Shown in pieces: positions 1-12,025 of a stretch of DNA of 64,000 bases. The position numbers were made by a program, and so were the translations under genes. Under the pieces are notes generated by a model. It did no database searches. It had not been told where the DNA came from and worked only from the letters and a program-made list of their open reading frames with translations. This stretch comes from Candidatus Parachristensenella avicola. GTDB taxonomy: Bacteria > Bacillota > Clostridia > Christensenellales > UMGS416. Where the stretch lies: the NCBI GenBank assembly GCA_904420205.1, contig CAJFUN010000023.1:129409-193408 (forward strand). The letters are read 5' to 3'. The stretch's first letter is position 1, and each line of letters opens with the position of its first letter.

Positions 1-1347
1 AATCGAAGGTTCGCTGGTCAGCGTATTGACGATAGAATAGATCATCAGCCGCTCTTTGTCGGGGTCCGTGGGATAGTAACTTTCAAAATTGGACGAAAAA
101 TTGACGGTAGCGCATCCTCCCTGTGACTGTACGGAGATAAGATCCTGGGAAGTGATCCCTACAGAGAAGGCATAGGTGAGGGCTGAGTCCTCGCCGGCCA
201 GAGGGCCGCGAATTAATTCATCCACCCGTACGCGTAGCTGGGAGGTGTCGCTCTGATTGGTGGCCCGCTGCACGGCGACCAATTTGCCCGTTTGCTGATG
301 GGGGAAATACAAAGTCGTCATATCAGCCACCGAAGAGAGAAACATTTCTGAGGTCAGCGATTCGCCTGATGGAAAATTGACATCGGGCAGCGAGGTAACA
401 AGCCGGTTATCCACATAAATCAGGACAGAGTCTACATCAGGGAAGTTGCAATAGATGGCCATTGTGATGGCACCGGCAAGCAAATAAGCCTTTTGCCCTG
501 AAAAATTTTCATACTTGGGACTGGAAAACCATACGGAGACAACTTGCTCGCCCTCCTGGGTCATCTCCAGCTGAGGGGATTTGGAAAGCGTAAGCGTGCT
601 GGGGATCGCGCTGACTAGCTCCGGCGCGTCGGCAGGCGCCTGGCGCATACGCTGAATTAAATCGTCTACCAGGTTCCCGCTTCGGGTGACAGGCTCGCCG
701 GCGCTGGCCAACAGATATTCGCCGCTGGCATCGGTATAGAACAGAACCTGACGCTCCGACTGATCGGGGCTGATTTCTCCGGCTTCCATATAGTACTTAT
801 GAAGAATCCACAGCTGCTCCAGATTGGTGTCCAGGCTGGTTAGCGGATTCGTCAGCACGCCGCGGCTGGCCAAGGCCTGGCCGTTGATCCACAAATGAAT
901 ATATTCGACCTTGGAATTTGCAGTCACGGTATTTACCAATGCGGAAACGGAGTTCAGCAGCATTTGCTCATCCATAGCTTCCAGCGCTAGTTGGGAAGTA
1001 ATGTCGATAAGCAGCACGTTTCTGGACTTGGTCATTGACTTAAGCGAAGCGCCGCCGCCGAAGAGCGGCGTTGTGCGCTCATCACCGGTCTCGGAAAGCA
1101 GATTCACAATGGCCGCTTGCAGGAGCAGCTGCCCTTCAGGCACCACCATCTCCCGGCTGCGTTGGATCAGCTGCCGGTTATCGACGCTGGGCAGGTAGGT
1201 GACGATGGTCGTAGTAGCGTGGGTATCAATGCGTTCAGCTGCCGGAAGATTGGCCGAATCACTATTCTCTGGCGGCAGGGGGCTCCGGCTGCAGCCGGCC
1301 AGCAGTATGATCAGGGCAAGGAGGAGGCTTGCCAAGGTTTTTTTCAC
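1..1347 (-). CDS. GerMN-domain lipoprotein, partial (runs off the window edge)
   Basis: Hand translation of the minus strand from GTG at 1347: VKKTLASLLLALIILLAGCSRS (lipobox LAGC), then ...NVLLIDITSQLALEAM...; the start overlaps the TGA stop of the upstream gene (GTGA). Confidence 0.75.
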   Translation of the reverse strand, partial: MKKTLASLLLALIILLAGCSRSPLPPENSDSANLPAAERIDTHATTTIVTYLPSVDNRQLIQRSREMVVPEGQLLLQAAIVNLLSETGDERTTPLFGGGASLKSMTKSRNVLLIDITSQLALEAMDEQMLLNSVSALVNTVTANSKVEYIHLWINGQALASRGVLTNPLTSLDTNLEQLWILHKYYMEAGEISPDQSERQVLFYTDASGEYLLASAGEPVTRSGNLVDDLIQRMRQAPADAPELVSAIPSTLTLSKSPQLEMTQEGEQVVSVWFSSPKYENFSGQKAYLLAGAITMAIYCNFPDVDSVLIYVDNRLVTSLPDVNFPSGESLTSEMFLSSVADMTTLYFPHQQTGKLVAVQRATNQSDTSQLRVRVDELIRGPLAGEDSALTYAFSVGITSQDLISVQSQGGCATVNFSSNFESYYPTDPDKERLMIYSIVNTLTSEPSI

Positions 1348-2354
1348 GAAGCATCCCCCCTTATCATCATTTCCAGCGCGGAATAACTCATGAGCCAACC
1401 GTTATTTTCCCATACAAAGGTCAGCGGGACAGCGGCGAGAGTCTGCGCCTCAGAATCACCGGTGCGCTGTATGGAGAAATCCAGCAATACGGTGCAAAGT
1501 TGCCCGTCGGCCGTAACGGCGGATCCATGGATGGTGGAATCAATGAGCGTAACGTCCAGCTCGGTAAGTTCGGCGATAAGCTGCTGGCGGGTAGGCCGGG
1601 CCTGCGAGCGGTCCGGGACGGACTGCGCCACGAACCGTTCAACCCTGGCCCAGTTTTTATCATGAATCGCTTGCAAAATTAGCTCGGCGGTATGCTCAGC
1701 AGTAAGGACGCGGGAAAGATCCATGCTTAAAGGCTCCATCAGCTGCAGCCCGTCTTCTCCAGAGGAAAAGCCCATTTCGTTACGGGTTGGCCGGCGGGCG
1801 GAGGCATCGGCGCTGTCGGCAATAAGAATCTGAACGGACTTAGCCCGCCCCAAGCTAAGCAGCGTGTTGACCACGGAATAGGCGGCCAGCTGCTGCGTAG
1901 ACTGCACAAGCTGGGTCCAGGTGGCGTCCTCGCGCCATCCTTCGGGCAGGCCGGAGATAGGCTCTAAAAATTCGGCGCTGAAGGTGACGAAATAGCAGCC
2001 GCCCTGCTCAGTGACGGAGATGACTCTAGTGTTGGGATTAATGAGCCCTTTTAACTCCAGGCTGGAGGCGGAAGGACCGCCGATCAAGGCTTTGAGCACC
2101 CCTTCCTCCAGGGAAAGGGAATCGGACACGGTGATGGTTCGGGATTCGCTGCTCAAATAGGGTTCGCTGCCAAACCGGAAATATAGAGGAACTGTGGCCT
2201 TGCTTTCGCCCTGCGCCACAGGGTCCAACGCGGGCTGTGCAGTTTCAGATGGACGGTCAGAGTTGCGGGCGAGCTCGCTGCCAAAGGGCACGGAGCAACC
2301 CGCCAGCATAAACGATAGCGCCAGGGCAGCGGAAATCATGAGTTGTTTTTTCAC
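1344..2354 (-). CDS. GerMN-domain lipoprotein
   Basis: ORF 336 aa with lipobox LSFMLAGCS and a GerMN-like region (TVPLYFRFGSEPYLSSESRTI...LEEGVLKALIGGPS). Confidence 0.8.
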   Translation of the reverse strand: MKKQLMISAALALSFMLAGCSVPFGSELARNSDRPSETAQPALDPVAQGESKATVPLYFRFGSEPYLSSESRTITVSDSLSLEEGVLKALIGGPSASSLELKGLINPNTRVISVTEQGGCYFVTFSAEFLEPISGLPEGWREDATWTQLVQSTQQLAAYSVVNTLLSLGRAKSVQILIADSADASARRPTRNEMGFSSGEDGLQLMEPLSMDLSRVLTAEHTAELILQAIHDKNWARVERFVAQSVPDRSQARPTRQQLIAELTELDVTLIDSTIHGSAVTADGQLCTVLLDFSIQRTGDSEAQTLAAVPLTFVWENNGWLMSYSALEMMIRGDAS

Positions 2355-2363
2355 GGCGCCCTC

Positions 2364-3831
<1,468 letters not shown>

Positions 3832-3840
<9 letters not shown>

Positions 3841-4515
3841 CGTGAAATAGTAGCCCACTCCCCACTTGGTGAAGATATACTCCGGCTGGCCGGGATTCTT
3901 CTCGATCTTTTCCCGCAGGCGGCGGATGTGCACGTCGACCGTACGTAGATCGCCCAGATAATCATATTTCCATACGATCTCCAGCAATTGCTCGCGGCTG
4001 AACACCTTACCCGGGTTGGAAGCGAAAAGCTTCAGCAGGTCGAATTCTTTAGCGGTCAGGTTCACGGCGCGGCCCTCGATGGTTACGGTACGGCTCTCCA
4101 TACGGATACGCATGCCGTGGATGACGATATCGTCGTCGGCGTTCTCCGAGCCATAGGCCCGGCGGATAATGGTCTTAATCCGCGCCTTCACTTCCAGCAC
4201 GTTAAAGGGTTTGGTCATGTAGTCGTCGGCGCCATATTCCAAGCCGAGGATTTTATCCATATCGTCGCCCTTGGCCGTCAGCATGATGATCGGCACGTTG
4301 GAGAATTCACGGATTTGCTGGCACACCTGCATTCCGTCCATTTTCGGCAGCATTACGTCCAGCAAGATCAGGTCGAATTCTCCTTCTTTCGTCTTTGCCA
4401 GGGCTTCCTCGCCGTCATAGGCGGCGTCAATTATATATCCATCCTGCTCCAAGGAAAAGCGCAATCCTTTTACGATTAGAGGCTCGTCGTCCACGATGAG
4501 GATCTTTCGGGCCAT
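3832..4515 (-). CDS. OmpR/PhoB-family response regulator
   Basis: Receiver domain KILIVDDEPLI...LILLDVMLPKMDG...TKPF plus a winged-helix C-terminus. Confidence 0.93.
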
Positions 4516-4703
4516 AATACCCCTCCTTATACCGCTTGCGGCGTTGTTTGCTACTATTAAACCATATTTTGACCGGAAAAGGAAGGGTTAAGCGCTGAGT
4601 CGCCATCATGGAAATGGAACAATTTGATGCAAAGCCGAAAAAGATATGCTATAATATGGGGGCTTGTAGGAAGAAAAATCCCACCGTTTGGGGAGGAAAT
4701 GGT

Positions 4704-6239
4704 ATGAAAAGGAAGATTGCCGCATTTTTGACGGGGCTGCTGCTGCTGGCGCCGGCTCAGACGGGCAAAGCGCAGCAGCTGGCGACAGAAGCCGACCCGA
4801 CGATCATTCCCGAGCCTGTCTATGCGGTGGATGAAAACGGCGACCTATCCCCGGCAGCAGTGAACGCGGAGACGGCCATCTGCCTGGATGCGGATACGGG
4901 GGACGTGCTTTATGAGAAGCAGGCGGATAAGAAAATGTATCCGGCCAGCATTACCAAGGTAATGACTTGCATGCTGGCGCTAGAATATGTGGAACAATCC
5001 GGCCACGGGATGGATGAGGTGGTTACCGTTGAGCACACCTATCAGCTGGAAAAGGACGCAGTAGAAATCTATATGAAAAAGGGCGAGCAATTTACCATGG
5101 AACAGCTGCTCTATGCGCTGATGCTCAAATCCGCCAACGATGCCGCCCTGCTGCTAGCCGAGCATATCAGCGGCTCGGTGGAGAGCTTTGTGGAGTCGAT
5201 GAATGAAAAGGCTGCCGAGCTGGGCATGACGGGGACGCATTTCGTCAATCCCAACGGCTTACATGACGATGACCACTATACTACGGCCCGGGACATGGCT
5301 GTTTTGATGCGGCAGGCAATACAAAATGAAAACTTTTGCAAGATCCTGCAGACGATGAGCTACCAGATCCCCGAGACGGCGCAAACGCCCGAGATCCGTT
5401 ACCTATCCAACAGCAACCGGCTGATGAAGGAAAGCGAATCCGCCTATTATGAGCCTTGCATGGGGGGGAAAACGGGATACACATCCAAGGCGCGCAATAC
5501 CTTTGTGTGCTATGCCCGCAAAGACGGACGGACCGTAGTGGCGGCGGTGATGCACAGCCCACTGTCGGGTACGCGTTTTGCTTCGGGCAAGAATCTTCTG
5601 CGTTACGGGCTGGAAAACTTTGAATCGGTGGATTTAGCGCAGCTGCTGGCCCAGACCCCCCTTTCGGCCCAGATCACCGGTTCTGAAGAGGCGCCGGACG
5701 GCACGCTGGAGGTGCCGGTAAACCAGGTTCCCCAGGATGAGGCGAAGGTCACGCTGCGCAAGACGGAGACCAACGAAGCGCCCAGCGCCGACGACTATGA
5801 GGCCAAGATCCAGTGGCGGGAAAACCTACGGGCGCCCATCGTATCCGGCGAAGTATTGGGTACAGTTAGCTATTACCGACGGGGCGAGGCGGAGGCGGAA
5901 GCGGCGTTGGTTTGCGACCTGGTTGCCAGCCGCGACGTGACGGCCGCCTTAAATGCGCCCGGCGGGAGCGAGACCGGCGACTCGTCGCTTCCGGTGGTTA
6001 CGGATCCGGCGGCCAACATCCCCGCTCGGCAGAACGCTTCCGTTACAACGTGGATGACGGTAGCGCTGATTGTGCTGATTGCGCTGATTGTAATCGTAGC
6101 TTTTATGCTCCTTCGGGCTGGCGGCGGCCAACGCAGCAGGCATAGCGCCCCGACCCGGCGCAGTGCACCGCGCCGGCGAAGCCCTACCTATGGAAACCGC
6201 GGCCGGTATAATACGCGGAGCCGGGGGCGGCGGCGTTAG
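4704..6239 (+). CDS. Serine-type D-alanyl-D-alanine carboxypeptidase (DacF/PBP5-like)
   Basis: SMK..., MYPASITKVMTCMLALE (SxxK), KSAN (SxN), KTGYTSKA (KTG); signal peptide MKRKIAAFLTGLLLLAPAQTGKAQ; ATG preceded by gggagg. Confidence 0.92.
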   Translation: MKRKIAAFLTGLLLLAPAQTGKAQQLATEADPTIIPEPVYAVDENGDLSPAAVNAETAICLDADTGDVLYEKQADKKMYPASITKVMTCMLALEYVEQSGHGMDEVVTVEHTYQLEKDAVEIYMKKGEQFTMEQLLYALMLKSANDAALLLAEHISGSVESFVESMNEKAAELGMTGTHFVNPNGLHDDDHYTTARDMAVLMRQAIQNENFCKILQTMSYQIPETAQTPEIRYLSNSNRLMKESESAYYEPCMGGKTGYTSKARNTFVCYARKDGRTVVAAVMHSPLSGTRFASGKNLLRYGLENFESVDLAQLLAQTPLSAQITGSEEAPDGTLEVPVNQVPQDEAKVTLRKTETNEAPSADDYEAKIQWRENLRAPIVSGEVLGTVSYYRRGEAEAEAALVCDLVASRDVTAALNAPGGSETGDSSLPVVTDPAANIPARQNASVTTWMTVALIVLIALIVIVAFMLLRAGGGQRSRHSAPTRRSAPRRRSPTYGNRGRYNTRSRGRRR

Positions 6240-6265
6240 CGGGGGTACCCCTTAGCGGAAATAGA

Positions 6266-6292
6266 AAAGGCGGCGGGATTCCCGCCGCCTTT
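6266..6292. terminator. Bidirectional intrinsic terminator between convergent genes
   Basis: AAAGGCGGCGGG-att-CCCGCCGCCTTT, 12-bp perfect stem. Confidence 0.7.
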
Positions 6293-6336
6293 GGTACGCG
6301 AGCGCCAACGATGCGTCCCGTTCAATATCCGCTGCT

Positions 6337-7041
6337 TTAGCTTTGTTTCTTAAGATATTCTTCCAGACACAGCCCCTGGTTGGCCATTGCTTGGGCAGCC
6401 TCCGGCCCGACATACCGCAGATGCCACGGCTCATAAATGATGCCGGTTATGCTGCTTTTTTCCTCCGGATAGCGGATGATGAAGCCATATTGCGCGCCAT
6501 GCTCCGCTACCCACCGGTAAGCGTCGCTCTGGTAGAAGGAATCCAGCGTGCCGTCGGCCCCGGAAAAGTCAAAGGCATATCCGGTATGGTGCTCGCTATA
6601 TCCGGGACGAGCGACCTCCCGGGCTGCAGCGTCTTCCGCGTCGTCTTCGGGCGTGCCGGAGGCGATGACCCGCTGCACTTTGTTCTGATAGAGCCCTTGC
6701 TGGTATTCGATGGAGCGATAGGCGCTGACAAGACGCAGCGGCCCCACCTGATCCTTCGCCATCGCTTCCGCCATCCGGGCAAGGGCTTCGACTGCCTCGC
6801 CTTGGGCCAGCATAGCATCGTTTTTTAGCTTAAGATTCTCGCATTGGATGGAATCTGCGATATTGACTAGACCGGCGGGCGTTCCCTGCGGAAAGGCATT
6901 CCAAGGATTGACCAGCATCAGCTTGTCCACCGCGATCTTTGCCTGCGCTTGATGGCGCTGGCAGCTGCAGAGCGACACCGCTAACAACGCCGCAAGGGCG
7001 AAAGCCGCTATTTTTGTGGGGCGGCTCAGAGCATATCGCAT
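6337..7041 (-). CDS. VanY-type (M15B) D,D-carboxypeptidase lipoprotein
   Basis: GPLRLVSAYRSIEYQ...SRPGYSEHHTGYAFDFS...EPWHLRYVG motifs; lipobox LLAVSLCSC. Confidence 0.9.
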   Translation of the reverse strand: MRYALSRPTKIAAFALAALLAVSLCSCQRHQAQAKIAVDKLMLVNPWNAFPQGTPAGLVNIADSIQCENLKLKNDAMLAQGEAVEALARMAEAMAKDQVGPLRLVSAYRSIEYQQGLYQNKVQRVIASGTPEDDAEDAAAREVARPGYSEHHTGYAFDFSGADGTLDSFYQSDAYRWVAEHGAQYGFIIRYPEEKSSITGIIYEPWHLRYVGPEAAQAMANQGLCLEEYLKKQS

Positions 7042-7213
7042 TCGATACTCACCTCAGCATTCAATCATACGCGTATGATGACAGGAAATCCTCCGCAATT
7101 TGTAAAGCAAATGCAAAAGTTAGCGGCAGGCGCCGCCGGAAAAAGGCGCCCAATATGGGCCAAGGGCCTGAATTCGGGATAGGAAGAAGAGCGGCGCGCA
7201 AATACGGCGAAGG

Positions 7214-7241
7214 AAAAGCCGGCCCCATGGGCCGGCTTTTT
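7214..7241 (-). terminator. Intrinsic terminator for the sugar isomerase gene
   Basis: AAAAGCCGGCC...GGCCGGCTTTT perfect stem with flanking A/T tracts. Confidence 0.6.
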
Positions 7242-7274
7242 GGATCGGCGGGAGCGGGCGTCTGCCGGGCGCGG

Positions 7275-8099
7275 TTAGATGATGGCGTCGATGTAGGCAA
7301 TGGCGCGCCGGACATCCTCCACCTGACGGGGACCGGAGATTTCCCGCTCGATGACCAGGGGCCCGTTAAAACCTGCCTGCTCCAGCGCATGCAGCAGGGC
7401 GGGAAAATCGACCATCCCCTCGCCAACGGCGGTTTCATTTCCTAAGGACTTCATATCCCCAGTGGGATAGTGGCCGTCCTTAATATGGACGGAGCGTACA
7501 TATTCCCCGAAAATCCCTACCGCATCCACCGGATTTGCCTTGCCATACATCATTAGGTTGGCTGGGTCCAAATTGATGCCGAGATTGGGCGCACCGCTGT
7601 CCAAAATGGCGCGTTTCATAGCTACCGGCGTTTCCTGGCCGGTCTCCAGGTTAAAGCTGATGCCATAGCGGGCGGCATGGGCGGCCAAATCCGCCAAGGT
7701 ATCTACAACGCCCGCATAGGACGGATCCTTGGGAGATTCGGGAATAAATCCAGCATGGGTGCTGATCAGCTTAACCCCGCAGTCGCCTACAAAGTCAAGC
7801 TGGCGCTTCAGCCCTGCCACCCTGGATGCGCGGTAAGCTTCAGGCACAATGCCCAGCGTGGAAGGGCCGTCGATAAAATTCCATACGGCGGGCTCGCCCC
7901 AGCTGAGGATCATGCTAACCATAGGAAGGGACTCGTTGGCTCCGATCAGGGCGCGGCGCTCAGCCTGCGTACCGGCAAGATCGAAGGGGAGGCTGACCTG
8001 GCAAGTATCCAGGCCCATCGCAGCATACTCGGCCCATTTGCCCTCTACCAGCATGGAAAGGGGCATAATCGAGCCCAAAGGCCATTTGCGATTTTTCAT
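7275..8099 (-). CDS. Sugar phosphate isomerase/epimerase (AP endonuclease-like TIM barrel)
   Basis: The MKNRKWPLGSIMPLS start matches an SD; LISTHAGFIP, FNLETGQET, NLGINLDPANLMMYG, VHIKDGHYP, PLVIEREI. Confidence 0.85.
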   Translation of the reverse strand: MKNRKWPLGSIMPLSMLVEGKWAEYAAMGLDTCQVSLPFDLAGTQAERRALIGANESLPMVSMILSWGEPAVWNFIDGPSTLGIVPEAYRASRVAGLKRQLDFVGDCGVKLISTHAGFIPESPKDPSYAGVVDTLADLAAHAARYGISFNLETGQETPVAMKRAILDSGAPNLGINLDPANLMMYGKANPVDAVGIFGEYVRSVHIKDGHYPTGDMKSLGNETAVGEGMVDFPALLHALEQAGFNGPLVIEREISGPRQVEDVRRAIAYIDAII

Positions 8100-8155
8100 G
8101 AGAACAACTCCTTTTTTGCGGCGGGAATCTTTCGGCCGCGGAATATCTGCGTAGC

Positions 8156-10006
8156 CTATGCCAAGGGGGCGCCGGATACGGTCAGCCCGGAAAGCGCCAT
8201 CATGCCTTGGACAGGCTCCAACCGTACGCCGTGCGGTCCCCAGCTGAGGCCCTCTAGGCGGTAGAAAATCTGCGGCGCCTCCTCCTGGCTTGACTGCTGG
8301 TCTAGGACGGCCATGGTTTGCCCGTCCACGATAACCCGCATGCGGCCAAGGCTGGGCCCCTTGGGCCCCCGTAAAGCGATAGCGTCGCCGATTACGTTGT
8401 ATTTGGCGTAACTTTGGCTGGTCATAAATACGGGCTCCTGGATCTGCCAATCTGCGGCTCGCTGACCTGCGCCAAGCAGCCCTTCCCAGCCGTTAAACGT
8501 AAGGCTATAGCGGCGTGCGGGGCCGTTAAGAACCCAGCGGGATACGCGGATGCGGCTGTGGGGTGCGCACCACAGGCCGATCATACCCGAACCGGCCAGC
8601 GGAGCGCGGAGCAGCGACTCGCCGCCCAGAGACAGGGTAATAAATCCGCCGGTTCGGTCGATCAGCAGGGAACCGCCGGCCCGGTATGACCCGCTGTGCA
8701 GAAGCTGGGGCTGGCCGCTTTCATTAAAGGCCTCCAGGCGCCACTGGCCGCCGCTTAAGGTAAGTCCGTGGCAACAGTTGAGCGCAATGGGATAGGCGTC
8801 GCTGATGTTACGATTCGGCCCTACGATCCCTTTCATATCCAGAATAAAGGTGACCGTCCCCTCCATCTCGAATTCGGCATCCAGACTAAAGTCGTCCCAG
8901 TCGCCGTAAAGCAAGCTCTGGCTAGGCCCTTGGTGGCCGGATAAAGTAAAGCCGTCGGACAGCGGTTGATTCCATGGCCGTTGAGCCAGACAGATGGTGC
9001 CTCGTCCCTGGCTGTTGCGGGAAGGGAACATCGCGTGGAATACGCCGTCGTGGACAAAGCCGTGAAGCGTCTGGCCCCAGATGCCGTAATACTCATGTTC
9101 ATACCGTTCGCTGTGCCAGACTGAGCCGTTGCGCACAAGGCGCCAGGCCTCCGGACGGTGGGCCTGCTCCAAAGGCGCGGCAAAGAGCGCCTGATAATTC
9201 CGGTTTAAGGCGACGCTGGTGGCATGGGCATAGACGACGCCGTCCACCGCCATGGCGGGGTGAAACTCGACCGGCGCAGGATAAAATTCGGGACGGTCGC
9301 AGCTTAGAATATTGACCGGACCCGACCAGGGCCCCTCCGGCCCCGGGGCGGTAAAGGCGGCATAGGCCCAGGCAAAATGCTCGCCCGAGTCGCAGAGCAC
9401 CAGCATCAGCCAGTCCTGGGAGCGCCGGAGCAGCGTGGAGGCGTAGAGCCGGTCCCAGCGTCCCATGGCGTCCCGAAAACGTCGGGTGCTGATCGAGAGG
9501 CCGGGCAGGCGTGTATAGGGCCCTTCAGCAGCCTCCGCGACGGCCACGGCTCCGCCGCCGTCGGCGCTGCTGGTGGGGTCATGGGCGTTTTCCCAGGTAA
9601 AGTCCGGCGCGCTGGTGTCATAAGCCATGTAATATCTTCCCTGCTCCGGGTCGTATTCAATGACGGTATCGGGGCAGGAGGTGGGCTCCACGCCGGGACC
9701 AAAGGGAGACCCGGGGGAAAGCGCAGGGCCCAGGGAGCGGAAGGTTTTGCCTTCATCCTCGGAGAGCAACAGTTCTGCATAGGAGGGGGAACCGGTCACG
9801 GCATAGCCCTCGGCATAATGACCGGCCTGCAGGAGCCATTTCCCGGTGGCCGGGTCGCGGAACAGCGAGCCGTTCACCGTCCATTCAAAGGGAGGCTGGC
9901 TGACGAGCACAGGATCACGGCGATGGACAAAGCTATCAAAAGATGGATCGCCCAACACAGGATGATGCAGCCATGCGTCCACCTGCTCTTTTAAAGCGAA
10001 ATTCAT
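8156..10006 (-). CDS. Five-bladed beta-propeller glycoside hydrolase-like protein (GH32/GH43-like)
   Basis: WTVNGSLFRDPATGKWLLQAGHY, YYMAYDTSAPDF, PEFYPAPVEFHPAMAVDGVVYAH, plus a C-terminal jelly-roll-like region. Confidence 0.65.
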   Translation of the reverse strand: MNFALKEQVDAWLHHPVLGDPSFDSFVHRRDPVLVSQPPFEWTVNGSLFRDPATGKWLLQAGHYAEGYAVTGSPSYAELLLSEDEGKTFRSLGPALSPGSPFGPGVEPTSCPDTVIEYDPEQGRYYMAYDTSAPDFTWENAHDPTSSADGGGAVAVAEAAEGPYTRLPGLSISTRRFRDAMGRWDRLYASTLLRRSQDWLMLVLCDSGEHFAWAYAAFTAPGPEGPWSGPVNILSCDRPEFYPAPVEFHPAMAVDGVVYAHATSVALNRNYQALFAAPLEQAHRPEAWRLVRNGSVWHSERYEHEYYGIWGQTLHGFVHDGVFHAMFPSRNSQGRGTICLAQRPWNQPLSDGFTLSGHQGPSQSLLYGDWDDFSLDAEFEMEGTVTFILDMKGIVGPNRNISDAYPIALNCCHGLTLSGGQWRLEAFNESGQPQLLHSGSYRAGGSLLIDRTGGFITLSLGGESLLRAPLAGSGMIGLWCAPHSRIRVSRWVLNGPARRYSLTFNGWEGLLGAGQRAADWQIQEPVFMTSQSYAKYNVIGDAIALRGPKGPSLGRMRVIVDGQTMAVLDQQSSQEEAPQIFYRLEGLSWGPHGVRLEPVQGMMALSGLTVSGAPLA

Positions 10007-10201
10007 GTTTCCTCCTTCGTAACATGATGATGGTTTCAGCTCATTGTATCATGAAAACGGCGCCTGCGCCTAGCCGCTTTCCGGAACGGGCCAAAAGAGC
10101 AAAATATTATAGGGAAAAGTCATGATCGTCCACATCGCCCTATCGTACCGGTGTGCTATAATCAAACTATTGGAAACCCATGCCAACAAAAGGAGGACAT
10201 C

Positions 10202-10966
10202 ATGGCGACGATCGGACTACAGATGTATTCAATTCGCACGGTGGATGAAGGCGATCTGCTGGGTAAGCTGGGCAAGGTAGCGGCGATGGGCTACGACGGC
10301 GTAGAATTCGCCGGGTTCGAGGGGCTGGACGCCCATACGCTGCGGGCGCGGCTCGATGAAGTGGGGATTGTCTGCCTAGGCAGCCACACCAATATCGACC
10401 TGCTGCGCAACGACCTTGAGGGACAGATTGAATACCATAAGATTCTGGGCGCGCGCTATATCAATTGCCCTGGAGCCCGGCCCGAGAATCTGGAAGGAAC
10501 GGCACAGCAGCAGATTGACGCATGGAAAGCCTTAGCGGCCGAATTCAACGAAATCGGCAAGCGAATTGCCGAGGCAGGCATGGTTTTCTGCTACCATAAC
10601 CACTCCTTTGAGTTCGAGCCGGTGGGCGATACCTGCCCGGAGGAGATCATCTTTGACAACACCGACCCATCCTATGTAAAAGTCGAACTGGATACCTGCT
10701 GGATTGAAAATACCGGCCGCAAATCCGTGGATTTCATGGATCAGTATGCCGACGCCATGGAGCTGCTGCACATTAAGGAACTGACGAGCGTAGGCGATCC
10801 CACAGCAAAGGTGATCGGTCAGGGATGCATCGATTTCCCGACGGTCATTGAGAAGGGATGGCAGGTCGGCGTGAAGGCGCTGATTGTCGAGCATGAGGGA
10901 CTGGAAGGCGATATCATGGGCGACGTGAAGGCGGGCCTTGATTATCTGCGTTCCATCACAGAATAA
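10202..10966 (+). CDS. Sugar phosphate isomerase/epimerase
   Basis: MATIGLQMYSIRTVDEGD...GYDGVEFAGFEGL...YHNHSFEFEPVG...VKVELDTCWIENTG...; SD aggagg. Confidence 0.88.
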   Translation: MATIGLQMYSIRTVDEGDLLGKLGKVAAMGYDGVEFAGFEGLDAHTLRARLDEVGIVCLGSHTNIDLLRNDLEGQIEYHKILGARYINCPGARPENLEGTAQQQIDAWKALAAEFNEIGKRIAEAGMVFCYHNHSFEFEPVGDTCPEEIIFDNTDPSYVKVELDTCWIENTGRKSVDFMDQYADAMELLHIKELTSVGDPTAKVIGQGCIDFPTVIEKGWQVGVKALIVEHEGLEGDIMGDVKAGLDYLRSITE

Positions 10967-10978
10967 AAGGAGGAAGAC

Positions 10979-12025
10979 ATGGCTGACAAAATTCGTATCG
11001 GGCTGATCGGCGGCGGCAACATCGCCCAGAACGCCCACATTCCCGCATACCTGAACCAGGACGATGTAGAGCTTGTCGCGATCTGCGACTTTAATCGCGA
11101 GCGCGCCGACGAGGTAAAAGAAAAATACGGCATGAAATATGCCTGCTATGCCATTGACGATATGGCCCAAATCGACGAAGTGGATGCGGTCAGCGTCTGC
11201 ACCTGGAATAACGCGCATGCCGAGGCCGTTATCGCAGCGGCTAAGGCCGGCAAGCATATCCTTTGCGAGAAGCCCATGGCCATGACGGTGGATCAATGCT
11301 TGGAGATGGAAAAAGCGGTTCGGGCCAGCGGCAAGGTATATTTGCAGGGGTTTGTGACCCGCATGGATCCCGAATGCCAAGCCATTAAGGCAGCCATTGA
11401 CGAAGGGGCTATGGGCGATATTTATTATGCCCGCTGCACCTCGATGCGCCGCCGCGGCACGCCGGTGGGCTGGTTCCATAACCGCGCCAAGTCCGGCGGC
11501 GGCCCGGTCATCGATATCGGCGTGCATGTACTGGACATGACCTGGTATCTGATGGGTAAGCCCAAGCCCGTTAGTGTATCGGCCTGCGCCCATTATAACA
11601 AGATCGGCAACTTTAAGACGAAGGGCGTCTCCCGCTGGCTGGCCTTCGATCAGAATGAAACGGTCTTTGACACGGAAGATTCGGCCAACGGCCTCATCCG
11701 CTTTGAGAACGGCGTATCGCTGAATTTCGACGTTTCCTGGGCGATCAACGGCAAGCCGGAAAGCCACAATGCTTGGATCTATGGCGACAAGGCCGGGGTC
11801 AGCGTGCATCCGGCCGTGCTCTACGGGGAGACGGGCGGCTACCAGAGCGACACCGCCCTGACGCTGGAGCGCTATAACGCCTTTGATATGGAGATTCGCC
11901 ATTTCCTGGATTGCATCAAGGGCAAGGAGGAGCCGCTCTCGCCCATTGAGGATGGCATCGCGATTCAGCGTATTCTCAATGGTATCTATGAATCCGCTGA
12001 GGCTGGCAAGGAAATCATGCTGTAG
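10979..12025 (+). CDS. Gfo/Idh/MocA-family oxidoreductase
   Basis: IRIGLIGGGNIAQNAHIPAYL, GKHILCEKPMAMTVDQC. Confidence 0.93.
   Translation: MADKIRIGLIGGGNIAQNAHIPAYLNQDDVELVAICDFNRERADEVKEKYGMKYACYAIDDMAQIDEVDAVSVCTWNNAHAEAVIAAAKAGKHILCEKPMAMTVDQCLEMEKAVRASGKVYLQGFVTRMDPECQAIKAAIDEGAMGDIYYARCTSMRRRGTPVGWFHNRAKSGGGPVIDIGVHVLDMTWYLMGKPKPVSVSACAHYNKIGNFKTKGVSRWLAFDQNETVFDTEDSANGLIRFENGVSLNFDVSWAINGKPESHNAWIYGDKAGVSVHPAVLYGETGGYQSDTALTLERYNAFDMEIRHFLDCIKGKEEPLSPIEDGIAIQRILNGIYESAEAGKEIML

Noticed and set aside
10532-11902. 456-aa minus-strand ORF
   Set aside because: Antisense to the sugar isomerase and Gfo/Idh oxidoreductase; His-rich composition, no recognisable domain.
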